A stretch of 64,000 nt of DNA from a virus. Position 1 is the first letter of the stretch. Each line of letters opens with the position of its first letter. This document shows, one piece after another, positions 47,147 through 56,418 of this stretch. The position numbers and the translations under genes are program-made. Below the pieces are notes generated by a model, which saw nothing but the letters and a program-made list of their open reading frames with translations, was not told where the DNA came from and made no database searches. Where the stretch lies: positions 64,001 to 128,000 of IMG/VR virus record IMGVR_UViG_3300025728_000008. One strand, 5' to 3'.

Positions 47147-49816
47147 TTGTTTATTGATATTGATTATAGTAAACGAATGCAAGAAGCTAAGTTCCATTTA
47201 GCAAAGCCTAATCAGAAAGTCATTTCTCATATCTATGAAAAGATGAACGCTGAAATGTCTATCAAATTAGGAAACATCAATGAATTAAGCTTCTCTATTC
47301 CTCATTTCATTGAAGACCAACAACCTAACGCACACGTAGATATGATTAAACAGAAAATGCTTATCCAAGTAACAATGGGAGCATATAAAGAGTTTTACGT
47401 TGTAGAAGATATTGAAGAAGACGGGGACGATTCTGATATCTTTAACGTTAAGGCTTTTTCTTTAGGTTATGAGTTGAAGGGGAAAGAGGTAAGTGACTAT
47501 ACAGAAGAAGCTATAAATTGTACTGACTTGCTAACAAAACTATTAGAAAGAACAGTGTGGAAAATTGATACAGTTGACCCAATGTTCGATGTGATGTTTC
47601 GTTCGTTTGATTCTGGTGCAGATTCAAATGTTTTGGATTGTATTATTCAAGCAGGAGAAACTTTTGGAGCTTTAATTGTATGGGACACTGTTAGAAGAAG
47701 AGTATCATTTAAGGATATGTCCACAAATGGTACGTTTAAAGGTATGACTGTTAACTATGGAAGATTTTTACAGTCAATCAAACGTTCGAGACAATCAGAA
47801 GAATTAACAACAAGATTGTCGATGTATGGTAATGAGGATTTAAGTATTCATAGAGTGAATCCTACTGGTCAACCATATGTAGAAGATTTCAGTTATTTTA
47901 TGTATCCTTTTGAAAGGGATGCAAATAAAAATGTTCTTAAAGAATCGTTCTTTATGAGTAATGAATTATGTCATGCGATTCTAAATCAAACAGAGTTAAT
48001 AGCTTTACATGCTCCACAAATTAAAAGTATGACAACAGAACAGTTGCAAAAAGAAGCACTATTAATCATAGGAGAAACACAATTAACAGAGTTAGAAGGA
48101 CAAAAGAAAACTATTGAAGGATTACTAGATACAGCAAAAGCGACAGAAAATGCTAGTCTAATCAGTCAAAGACAAGTAGAGCTACATAATAAGAATGCAG
48201 AAATCACTGCAAAGAAACAAGCAAATGATATTATTGTCAACAATATTAACTCATTAAAATCTCAAATTGAAACAAAGCAAAATGAGATTATCACAGGTAG
48301 TGGATTCACTCCTGCTCTTATGGATGAATTAAATTTATTCATAATTGAAAAAAAATGGGTAGATGACAAATACATAAACGATGAAGAATTATATGCAGAT
48401 GGTCTCAAGAAGTTCCAAGAACTAAGAGAGCCAAAAGTAGTATTAGATGTCACAATTGATAACTTACTTGATGTCATTGAAGAACAATATTATTGGGATA
48501 AATTGGTATTAGGTGATTTAATCAAGGTTAAATATCCTCAAATGAAAATAGAGTATATGGCTAAGATTATTGAAATCAAATATAACTTTGAAGAAAGAGA
48601 AGCAAGTATTACAGTAGCAAACACAAAAGATATTTTGAGTGATACTGATAAACTTGTTCAGCTATTATATAGCAGTTCTAGTGCATCTTCCGTTATTCAA
48701 GCAAACAAGTATAAATGGGATAAAGTAAATAAAATCGAAGACGTAGTTAGTAATATTGTTACTAGTGAATGGGATGCAACAAAAAACAAAATCATCGCAG
48801 GTGTGAATAACTCTATTGAAATTGGTAATCGTGGAATGATTGTTACAAGTCCAGATAATCCGAATGAAGTAGTAATTATCCAAAGTGGTGTAATTGCCTT
48901 ATCTCAAGATAAAGGTGAAACATGGAAAACTGCAATCAAACCAGATGGAATTGTGGCAGAAAGACTTATCGGACAAATCATAGCAGGTGAAAATTTAATT
49001 CTCACAAACAGTGCAGGTACTTTCACATTTGATAAAAATGGAGTCAGAATTGATGCTAGTGCATTCATATTAGAATCTTCAAGTGGGAACTTTGATGGGT
49101 CTAAGTTTATTGAATCATCTAATTTTGTTGATGAATTTAAAGATGACAACATGATTACAGCTTATGAAAAGAAAATGTTAAAGATTGAATGGGATAAGCT
49201 TGAAGTAGCTTATAACAAAAACACAGAAAAAATTCATCACATTTTCCCGAATGATGGAGAAGGATTACAGTTTGTAATAGATTTTCATACAAGATATACA
49301 GAATTGTATGATTACTTATTTGTTCAACTTCATGGTTCTAAACCATTGTTAGCATCAGACAATATGACATTCACAACTAGAATAGACAGAAACATGTTCG
49401 ATGCAAGATGGAAAAACTATTACAATGTTCAAGACGAACTTCAAAAACAGATTGATATTATGGTAGCTCAGATTGCAAGAGATGCAAAAATAATTTCTGA
49501 AAACATTCAGCAAGATATTGAAGAAGTTAAAAATGATGTAGTTTACAAAATTGAATTTCATTCGTCAAAAGGTTTTACGTTTAGGAACGGTCAAATCGAC
49601 ACAATGATTACCGCTAAAGTTTGGCGTGGTCAATCAGAGATTACAAATACTGTTCCACAATCTGGATTTATCTGGAAAAAATATGATAAGGATGGAATCC
49701 TTGATACAGCTTGGACAAATGCAAATGTAAATGTCGGAAATGTAATTCACGTTACACATCTTGAGCTTTATCAAAAAGCAATATTCAAGTTGGATATTGA
49801 TATCCCTACACCTTAA
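47147..49816 (+). CDS. Tail tip / Tal-like hub protein (YomG-like)
   Basis: 889 aa after Dit; NELSFSIP, TTRLSMYG, LGDLIKV, TAIKPDGIVAERLIG. Confidence 0.78.
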   Translation: MFIDIDYSKRMQEAKFHLAKPNQKVISHIYEKMNAEMSIKLGNINELSFSIPHFIEDQQPNAHVDMIKQKMLIQVTMGAYKEFYVVEDIEEDGDDSDIFNVKAFSLGYELKGKEVSDYTEEAINCTDLLTKLLERTVWKIDTVDPMFDVMFRSFDSGADSNVLDCIIQAGETFGALIVWDTVRRRVSFKDMSTNGTFKGMTVNYGRFLQSIKRSRQSEELTTRLSMYGNEDLSIHRVNPTGQPYVEDFSYFMYPFERDANKNVLKESFFMSNELCHAILNQTELIALHAPQIKSMTTEQLQKEALLIIGETQLTELEGQKKTIEGLLDTAKATENASLISQRQVELHNKNAEITAKKQANDIIVNNINSLKSQIETKQNEIITGSGFTPALMDELNLFIIEKKWVDDKYINDEELYADGLKKFQELREPKVVLDVTIDNLLDVIEEQYYWDKLVLGDLIKVKYPQMKIEYMAKIIEIKYNFEEREASITVANTKDILSDTDKLVQLLYSSSSASSVIQANKYKWDKVNKIEDVVSNIVTSEWDATKNKIIAGVNNSIEIGNRGMIVTSPDNPNEVVIIQSGVIALSQDKGETWKTAIKPDGIVAERLIGQIIAGENLILTNSAGTFTFDKNGVRIDASAFILESSSGNFDGSKFIESSNFVDEFKDDNMITAYEKKMLKIEWDKLEVAYNKNTEKIHHIFPNDGEGLQFVIDFHTRYTELYDYLFVQLHGSKPLLASDNMTFTTRIDRNMFDARWKNYYNVQDELQKQIDIMVAQIARDAKIISENIQQDIEEVKNDVVYKIEFHSSKGFTFRNGQIDTMITAKVWRGQSEITNTVPQSGFIWKKYDKDGILDTAWTNANVNVGNVIHVTHLELYQKAIFKLDIDIPTP

Positions 49817-49837
49817 AGAGAAAAAGGAATGATTTAA

Positions 49838-51952
49838 ATGGCAATAGTAGCAAGTGGTCAGTTGACCCTAGTAGATTTAAATGATAGTAAACAGTTGATT
49901 ATGTTCATTGGTTCATCACAACCAAGACAAGTAATCTTTAACCCTAATGGAAATACATACACTCCAGATTACTCATCAGTAGCAACAAATAACATATTGA
50001 CACCTCAATTATTTATTGCAGGTACAAATGGAGATGTTTCTGGGCAAGCGACTGCCACTAGATGGTATGTACAGGATGGTTCACAAGGTAATCCGACATT
50101 AATTACAGCAAATTCAAATTATGAATTAAATGGTATCACATTAAAGATAAAAGGAAATGTTCTTTCAGCAAAAGCATCTATGACTTATATTTGTGAAATG
50201 GATTATCTAGATACAGGTACAGGGTTTACTGTAACAGCAAAGGCAGAATATGAGATTGTAAAAATTACTAATGGTACAGATGGTAAAGCTTCTGTACTTG
50301 GATTCCTAAGTAATGATTCTCACAGCATTCCAACAAACAATGATGGTTCTGGTGGTGTTTATACCTCAGCTACTACTACAATGTATGTGTATAATGGAAC
50401 AACAGATGATAGTGCTAACTGGACTTATGTAGCCACTCCATTAGCAGGTGTTACAGGTGCATTAAGTACTACAGGAAATAAAAATGTATATACTGTTTCA
50501 AATATGACTGTTGATGTAGGCTATGTAGATATTACAGCTAGTAGAGCAACCTACCCTTCTATTACTAAAAGATTTACAGTGACTAAAAATAAAGCAGGTA
50601 TTGGGTCAACTGCATATTGGTTAATTTCATCTGCTCCTGTTTTACAGAAGAATGCTTCAAATGTATTTAATCCTACTAGTCTAACATTTACAAGTAAGTC
50701 ACAGAATGGCAGTAATGCGCCTGTAAACTATAATGGTAGATGGGTAATTGAAGATACAACAGATGGAACGAACTGGACAGTTAGAACACTCAACCCTTCA
50801 ACAGATGAAGCAACGAAAACGTATACTCCTTCGGGAACAACTATAAAGGCTGTAAGAGCTAGACTATATGTTGCAGGAGCAACAACTAATCTGTTAGATG
50901 AACAGCAAATCAATGTTGTTTCAGATGGTTCTAATGGAACAGATGGGGTAGACTCTGTTACTGCTGTAGTATGGACACCAGACGGAAATGTTTTAAGAAA
51001 CTCTACTGGAACTTTAACTGCAAAAGCAGATTTATATAAAGGTACTGGAGCAGTATCTTCTGGGTTAAGTTATAAGTGGTACTACCAAGACCCATCATCA
51101 ACTACTGCTGTAGGTGGAGGTGGAGATACAGATGGCGGTGCAGGTTGGAGATTAATGCAAGCAATTGCAAATCCAACTACAGCTCCAACACTTAATGGTG
51201 CTACAGCAGGTGGAACTTTAACAGGTGCAACATACTATGTTAAATATACTTGGACAACTGTAGAAGGAGAAACAATGGTAAGTCCAGAAGCAAGTTTAGC
51301 TGTTACAGCAAACTACAATTTAAAGATTACTATTCCTTCATTCCCTTCTGGAGTAAGTGGAGCAAAAGTCTACGTAGGTACAGCAACAAATGCAAACAAA
51401 TATCAGAACGTTATTTCTACAAGTGGTGGAACATTGACAATCACTGCACCAATTAATGCAAGTGGAGCAACCCCTCCTGCAAGTAATACTGCACAAGTGG
51501 ATAATTGGGGTGTAACAGGATTCGGTGGAGCGACAATTACAATTCCTTCAACATCTATTACAAACGTTGAATCATATAAATGTATAATAACTTACAATAG
51601 TAATAAATACACAGATGTTTGTACAGTGATGGATGTAACTGACCCAATCTTGGTTACTCTTGTTGGAGCATCTATATTTAAGAATGGAACAGGGACAACA
51701 ACTCTAGAAGCAAAACTTTATCAAAACGGTGTAGAAATAGATGTGAAAAACCCTAGTGGTACATGGACTGGTAATACATTCAACTCTGTTCAGATATACA
51801 ATTATACTTGGTATTTATATGATAATAATGGAGCTAAAATGGGAACAGTACCAAGTTGGGGAGCAGGTTCTAAAACGGGAAAACTAGTTATTGTTGATGG
51901 TATAGACGTTGATATTAGAGGTAATATTGTCTGTGAAGTTTCTACTAAATAA
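49838..51952 (+). CDS. Tail fibre / baseplate protein (Ig-like, Gly/Thr-rich)
   Basis: 704 aa; MAIVASGQLTLVDLND N-terminus; GTDG linkers. Confidence 0.7.
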   Translation: MAIVASGQLTLVDLNDSKQLIMFIGSSQPRQVIFNPNGNTYTPDYSSVATNNILTPQLFIAGTNGDVSGQATATRWYVQDGSQGNPTLITANSNYELNGITLKIKGNVLSAKASMTYICEMDYLDTGTGFTVTAKAEYEIVKITNGTDGKASVLGFLSNDSHSIPTNNDGSGGVYTSATTTMYVYNGTTDDSANWTYVATPLAGVTGALSTTGNKNVYTVSNMTVDVGYVDITASRATYPSITKRFTVTKNKAGIGSTAYWLISSAPVLQKNASNVFNPTSLTFTSKSQNGSNAPVNYNGRWVIEDTTDGTNWTVRTLNPSTDEATKTYTPSGTTIKAVRARLYVAGATTNLLDEQQINVVSDGSNGTDGVDSVTAVVWTPDGNVLRNSTGTLTAKADLYKGTGAVSSGLSYKWYYQDPSSTTAVGGGGDTDGGAGWRLMQAIANPTTAPTLNGATAGGTLTGATYYVKYTWTTVEGETMVSPEASLAVTANYNLKITIPSFPSGVSGAKVYVGTATNANKYQNVISTSGGTLTITAPINASGATPPASNTAQVDNWGVTGFGGATITIPSTSITNVESYKCIITYNSNKYTDVCTVMDVTDPILVTLVGASIFKNGTGTTTLEAKLYQNGVEIDVKNPSGTWTGNTFNSVQIYNYTWYLYDNNGAKMGTVPSWGAGSKTGKLVIVDGIDVDIRGNIVCEVSTK

Positions 51953-51965
51953 TATAACATATTAT

Positions 51966-51994
51966 TTGACAGAAATCAAGAATAATGATATAAT
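51966..51994 (+). promoter_or_regulatory. sigmaA promoter inside the tail module
   Basis: TTGACA-gaaatcaagaataatga(17)-TATAAT. Confidence 0.8.
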
Positions 51995-52012
51995 AAAAAT
52001 ATGGAAAGTTTT

Positions 52013-52044
52013 GAAGAGTCTTACAGATAGTAAGGCTCTTTCTT
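52013..52044 (+). terminator. Hairpin / terminator just downstream of the promoter
   Basis: GAAGAGTCTTAC-agata-GTAAGGCTCTTT followed by CTT. Confidence 0.55.
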
Positions 52045-52064
52045 AGGATAAAAGGAAAATAGGA

Positions 52065-55000
52065 GTGATTTTAATGCCAATAATTGGTTCGGGTCAAATG
52101 ACATTAATAGATATGAATGATGTTCTTGTTTCAGCGACTAAACCATCAAATCCTGCCGAGGGACAAATGTGGTGGAATACAACTGAATCACAATTATATA
52201 TTTATCAAGGTGGAAATTGGCAACAATCTACACAGGTAATTAGCGGAGGACGAAATCTACTAAGATATAGTGGTCTATTTAAAGGTACTACTGGTTGGAC
52301 ATTAAATGGTGGAAGTGGATTAACTGTTGATAAAACAACATTTCCAAATGAAGCTGTTTTATCTGCTACAGGTTCAGTAAAAGCAGTAGCAAGCGTACCA
52401 GTTAAAAATGGTCAAGAATACGTATATGCTACAGAGATTATGTTTAATGCAAATATAGATTTAAATTCAAGTTCTCCTTTGCACTATTGGGTAAACTTAA
52501 CTGGTGTGAATGGTACAGCAGGTATTGAAAGAGTTAGTGTAGATGGTGGAGACAGAACACTTGTTGCTAATAAATGGCATAAGATTGTTATTCGATTCAA
52601 AGTTAAAGATGATGGAAATGCTTATGTATTTACACCATTCATCTATAAATCACCAATGACTCAAAAATGGTGGATGAGAACAATCCAATTAATGGAAGGC
52701 AATGTTCCTACTGGATGGTCTCCTGCTCCAGAAGAAGTAGATGAAATTATCACAGATGTCACTGAAACTTTAGGGAACATGGCAAATGACAATCTTGTTG
52801 AATATAATGAAAGAAAAATAATCAAAGAAAAAGTTGAAGAATTAGTTGGTGCATCTGTATTAGATACAGGAGATTTACCTACAATTGCAACTTTGGATAC
52901 TAGTAATAAAGGATTAATTTTCACAGTTAGACAACAAGCTAGACAAGTAGGTATTCCTATAGGAACAACTGCAAGTCCATCAACAGGACACCCGAAATAC
53001 TATGCAGTTCAAACAACTTACGAAGCATTAAAGACATATCTTGAAGGACTAAAAACAACTGATAATATTTCTTTGAGACCTTGGGATGTTTCAACTGGAA
53101 ATCAAAAGAAAGTTATTTCAGTTGTCAAATTGACGTTTAGAACAACTTGGTTAAACTTTTATAATGCGTTGAATGACTTAGCTACATATACTTCTCAAGT
53201 ACAAAATGATGATGCATATAATCCAGTAAGAGTTAATCATGCTAGTAATGGAAACTTTGAAATTCCTTTAACAGAAGGATTATGGAAGAATAGTTATGTT
53301 GGTCAAACAAAAGAAATCGTTGATATTTCAGCAGAAACCGCACCATTCCAATTTGCATATCATGTAAAAAATACAACTAATGCAAATGGCGGTATTTTCG
53401 TTCAAGAGTTGTGGAGTGGAGCAAATGCAGAAGTACTTGTGGATAGAGAAGTTACAATTCAATTTTGGTTGAAATATCAAAATATTGTTGCAGGAGCGCA
53501 AGCTTATTTAGCAGGTAGATTCGGAGAACTTCTTATTGAAGGAGAAAATGCCAGTGCTCAAAAGTTTTATAGATATATTCGTTTTGCTAATACAACAACA
53601 ATGAATGAAGGTTCATATATTACTGGAACAGATATGACATGGAAAAAATACACTGGAACAACTAAATTAACACTTCCTACAGGAGCAACTAAAATCACTA
53701 AAGTGTCATTCAAACATGGCTTAGAAGGTTGTACTGGTGAGTTCTGGAGTACAGGTATTAAACTTGAGTTCGGTGCAAAAGCATCTGATTGGTCAGTATC
53801 TCCAATTGATTTACAACAAAAAGTTTACAAGACTTCATTGGCGGTTGAGCCAAACAATATTACAGCTACAGTAGTAAGTAATCAGACTTTTCTAAATACA
53901 ATAGATAAAGTAGTTTCAAATGAAACAGGATATATCAATAAGAACTATAACTTTGCTGATTGGACAGGAACTTATCCAGTTGGATATAATGGAAATGTCG
54001 GAACAGCAGTAACAAAAGTAACACCATCTGAAACAGGTAATGGTAAGTCTGTAAGATTTACTAATGCTTTAGGAGTAGAAAGTTATTTAAGTGGTGACGG
54101 ATATTTAGATAAACCATATTATCAATATGTATATGTTGAATCAACATTTAAATTAGAAAGTGGTTCTATCAACGGTGCAGGTATTCTCTTTAGATATTTA
54201 AGAGCAGATAATTCAAGTAGTGCGTTTGAAGGTAGATTCAAATTTTCAGATGTTGTCGCTAGTCCAACTTTAAATAAATGGTATACAGTTTCAACAGTAT
54301 TTAAAGTTCCAACACCTGTTGATTTTGGTGGATACAGACTCTACACTATGGGAAGTTATGGAGCATTTGATGCAACAAAACCTGCAAAGTCAATTCTTAT
54401 TGATTCAACAATTTCAAGACCTGCTACAGCAGAAGAAGCAAAAGCATATGAAGCAAATGTTTCAATCAATGATATGACAAACGATAATAAGTTGACAGCT
54501 TTAGAAAAACATGATATGAAGAATCAGTTGGATATGATTGTTGCAGAGAAACCTACATATGAAGCAAAAGCAAATCAGTATTTAATTGTTACAGAAAAGA
54601 ACGCATATGTAACAGCATATAACACTTTATATGATACAGTGAATCCATTGCTTGCAGGAGCTAATTTAAACTTAACATCAGATGTTGTTGGAGCAACTAT
54701 TAGAACACTGTTTAAAAACTATAATGAGAAGAAAGAACTTTTAGAGAAAGCTATCCTAGATGCCTTAAACTTTGGTGGAAGAAACGTAGTCTTCAACTCT
54801 AAATTTAAAACAAATGATAGTGGAGTCTTATTAAATTGGAATGGAGTAGCATCACAAGTTGTTATTAAAGACCCAGAAGCAGATAAACCAGATAGTAATA
54901 TCTGGAGTATTTCAAGAACAGGGCAAGCAACAAACTCTATTCTCAGTACATATTCCAATAAATTTAAAGCAAGTTTAGATGATACATTTGTATTTGCAAT

Positions 55001-56396
55001 TGATTTGAAAGTAGCAAATGTCACTGCATGGGATGTACAAAATCCTTTCATTATGGAATTTTATGATTCAGCAGGAACACGAGTTCAATATGAAGATGTC
55101 ACTATGACAAGATTGAATGCACCAACTCTAGTAAATAATACATGGTATCGTTTATGGTGTGTTATCAAAGTAACAAATGTAACAGTTACTACTGGAGCTA
55201 TTAGATTAGCATTATTCCGAAATGGAGATATTTCAATTCGTGAAGTAAAAATAGAAAAAGGAACAAAGGCTACTGAATTTACTGTAGCACCAGAAGATGT
55301 AGATTCAATGATTTATAACATCGAAACAAGAATGTCATCAGCAGAAATCAAAATCAGTGACAGTTCTATTATAAACACAATTCGACAGTCTACAGACTAC
55401 AAGAATGACTTGAGTGCAAAAGCTGACAACAGTGATTTAGCAGACCTTGCAACAAAAGGTGAAGTTGATAACGCAAATAAAGATGCAAAAAACTATGCAG
55501 ATGATAAAGTTAAAAACATTGACTTTGAGCCATTTGTACTTAAAACACAATTGTCACAAGAAATCACAAATATATCTGCAAAGTTTGAAGCAGGTGGAGG
55601 GGTTAACCTTCTTAAAAATTCTGTCGGATATGGGGTATTAACAGCAACAGCTCAAGATAGCTATGTTCCTGCTTGGACACTTGTTAACCCAACAGCAGTA
55701 CAAACAGTTTCAAGTAGTGCTTTAGATGCATTAGGTTTCGGTAGAGGTTTCCAATTACCACCTAGTTCAATTGCTACAGAAATGAAACAAGATGTATATG
55801 TTCAAGTTGGTCAGCCTTACACTTTGTCATGGTTCATTAACAAAACAAACAATTCATCTAATGCAAACACAGATGGAGCAGTGTATGTCGAATTTCTACA
55901 GGGTGCAACAGTTTTAAGTTCTTATACAACTACCTATGCTAGTGATAAAGTTACAAACGGATTTGAAAAAGGAATGAAAACAATTATTCCAACAGCAGGT
56001 GTTGTAACAGTTAGAGTAAGAGCTAATAAGCTATCAGATATTATTATCAGTGGTTTCATGTTTAATATTGGAGAAGTGGGACTTCAATGGTCTCTAGCTA
56101 CAGGAGAATTGTATAATACAAATATTCGGATGGATATGAATGGTATAAAAGTATCTCAAATTGTTAATGGTGTTGAACGTGGTTACACACAAATTACACC
56201 GCAAGAATTTGCAGGATATTACGATTCTAAAGGCGATGGAAAATATGAAAAAGTATTCTACTTAAAAGAGGACGAAACGGTATCTAAAAAGTTCGTAGCA
56301 AAAGAAGAGTTTACGCTAGGAAGTATTAAGATTATAAAAGTAGAATCTACAGCAAATAAAGGTTGGGCATTCGTACAGGTTGTACCAACTACATAA
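52065..56396 (+). CDS. Large tail fibre with multiple carbohydrate-binding-like domains
   Basis: 1443 aa; repeated GGRNLL...EG..T.WSPAPED modules; start probably ATG 52074. Confidence 0.75.
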   Translation: MILMPIIGSGQMTLIDMNDVLVSATKPSNPAEGQMWWNTTESQLYIYQGGNWQQSTQVISGGRNLLRYSGLFKGTTGWTLNGGSGLTVDKTTFPNEAVLSATGSVKAVASVPVKNGQEYVYATEIMFNANIDLNSSSPLHYWVNLTGVNGTAGIERVSVDGGDRTLVANKWHKIVIRFKVKDDGNAYVFTPFIYKSPMTQKWWMRTIQLMEGNVPTGWSPAPEEVDEIITDVTETLGNMANDNLVEYNERKIIKEKVEELVGASVLDTGDLPTIATLDTSNKGLIFTVRQQARQVGIPIGTTASPSTGHPKYYAVQTTYEALKTYLEGLKTTDNISLRPWDVSTGNQKKVISVVKLTFRTTWLNFYNALNDLATYTSQVQNDDAYNPVRVNHASNGNFEIPLTEGLWKNSYVGQTKEIVDISAETAPFQFAYHVKNTTNANGGIFVQELWSGANAEVLVDREVTIQFWLKYQNIVAGAQAYLAGRFGELLIEGENASAQKFYRYIRFANTTTMNEGSYITGTDMTWKKYTGTTKLTLPTGATKITKVSFKHGLEGCTGEFWSTGIKLEFGAKASDWSVSPIDLQQKVYKTSLAVEPNNITATVVSNQTFLNTIDKVVSNETGYINKNYNFADWTGTYPVGYNGNVGTAVTKVTPSETGNGKSVRFTNALGVESYLSGDGYLDKPYYQYVYVESTFKLESGSINGAGILFRYLRADNSSSAFEGRFKFSDVVASPTLNKWYTVSTVFKVPTPVDFGGYRLYTMGSYGAFDATKPAKSILIDSTISRPATAEEAKAYEANVSINDMTNDNKLTALEKHDMKNQLDMIVAEKPTYEAKANQYLIVTEKNAYVTAYNTLYDTVNPLLAGANLNLTSDVVGATIRTLFKNYNEKKELLEKAILDALNFGGRNVVFNSKFKTNDSGVLLNWNGVASQVVIKDPEADKPDSNIWSISRTGQATNSILSTYSNKFKASLDDTFVFAIDLKVANVTAWDVQNPFIMEFYDSAGTRVQYEDVTMTRLNAPTLVNNTWYRLWCVIKVTNVTVTTGAIRLALFRNGDISIREVKIEKGTKATEFTVAPEDVDSMIYNIETRMSSAEIKISDSSIINTIRQSTDYKNDLSAKADNSDLADLATKGEVDNANKDAKNYADDKVKNIDFEPFVLKTQLSQEITNISAKFEAGGGVNLLKNSVGYGVLTATAQDSYVPAWTLVNPTAVQTVSSSALDALGFGRGFQLPPSSIATEMKQDVYVQVGQPYTLSWFINKTNNSSNANTDGAVYVEFLQGATVLSSYTTTYASDKVTNGFEKGMKTIIPTAGVVTVRVRANKLSDIIISGFMFNIGEVGLQWSLATGELYNTNIRMDMNGIKVSQIVNGVERGYTQITPQEFAGYYDSKGDGKYEKVFYLKEDETVSKKFVAKEEFTLGSIKIIKVESTANKGWAFVQVVPTT

Positions 56397-56418
56397 TGAA
56401 TAAAAGGAGAAGATATAC

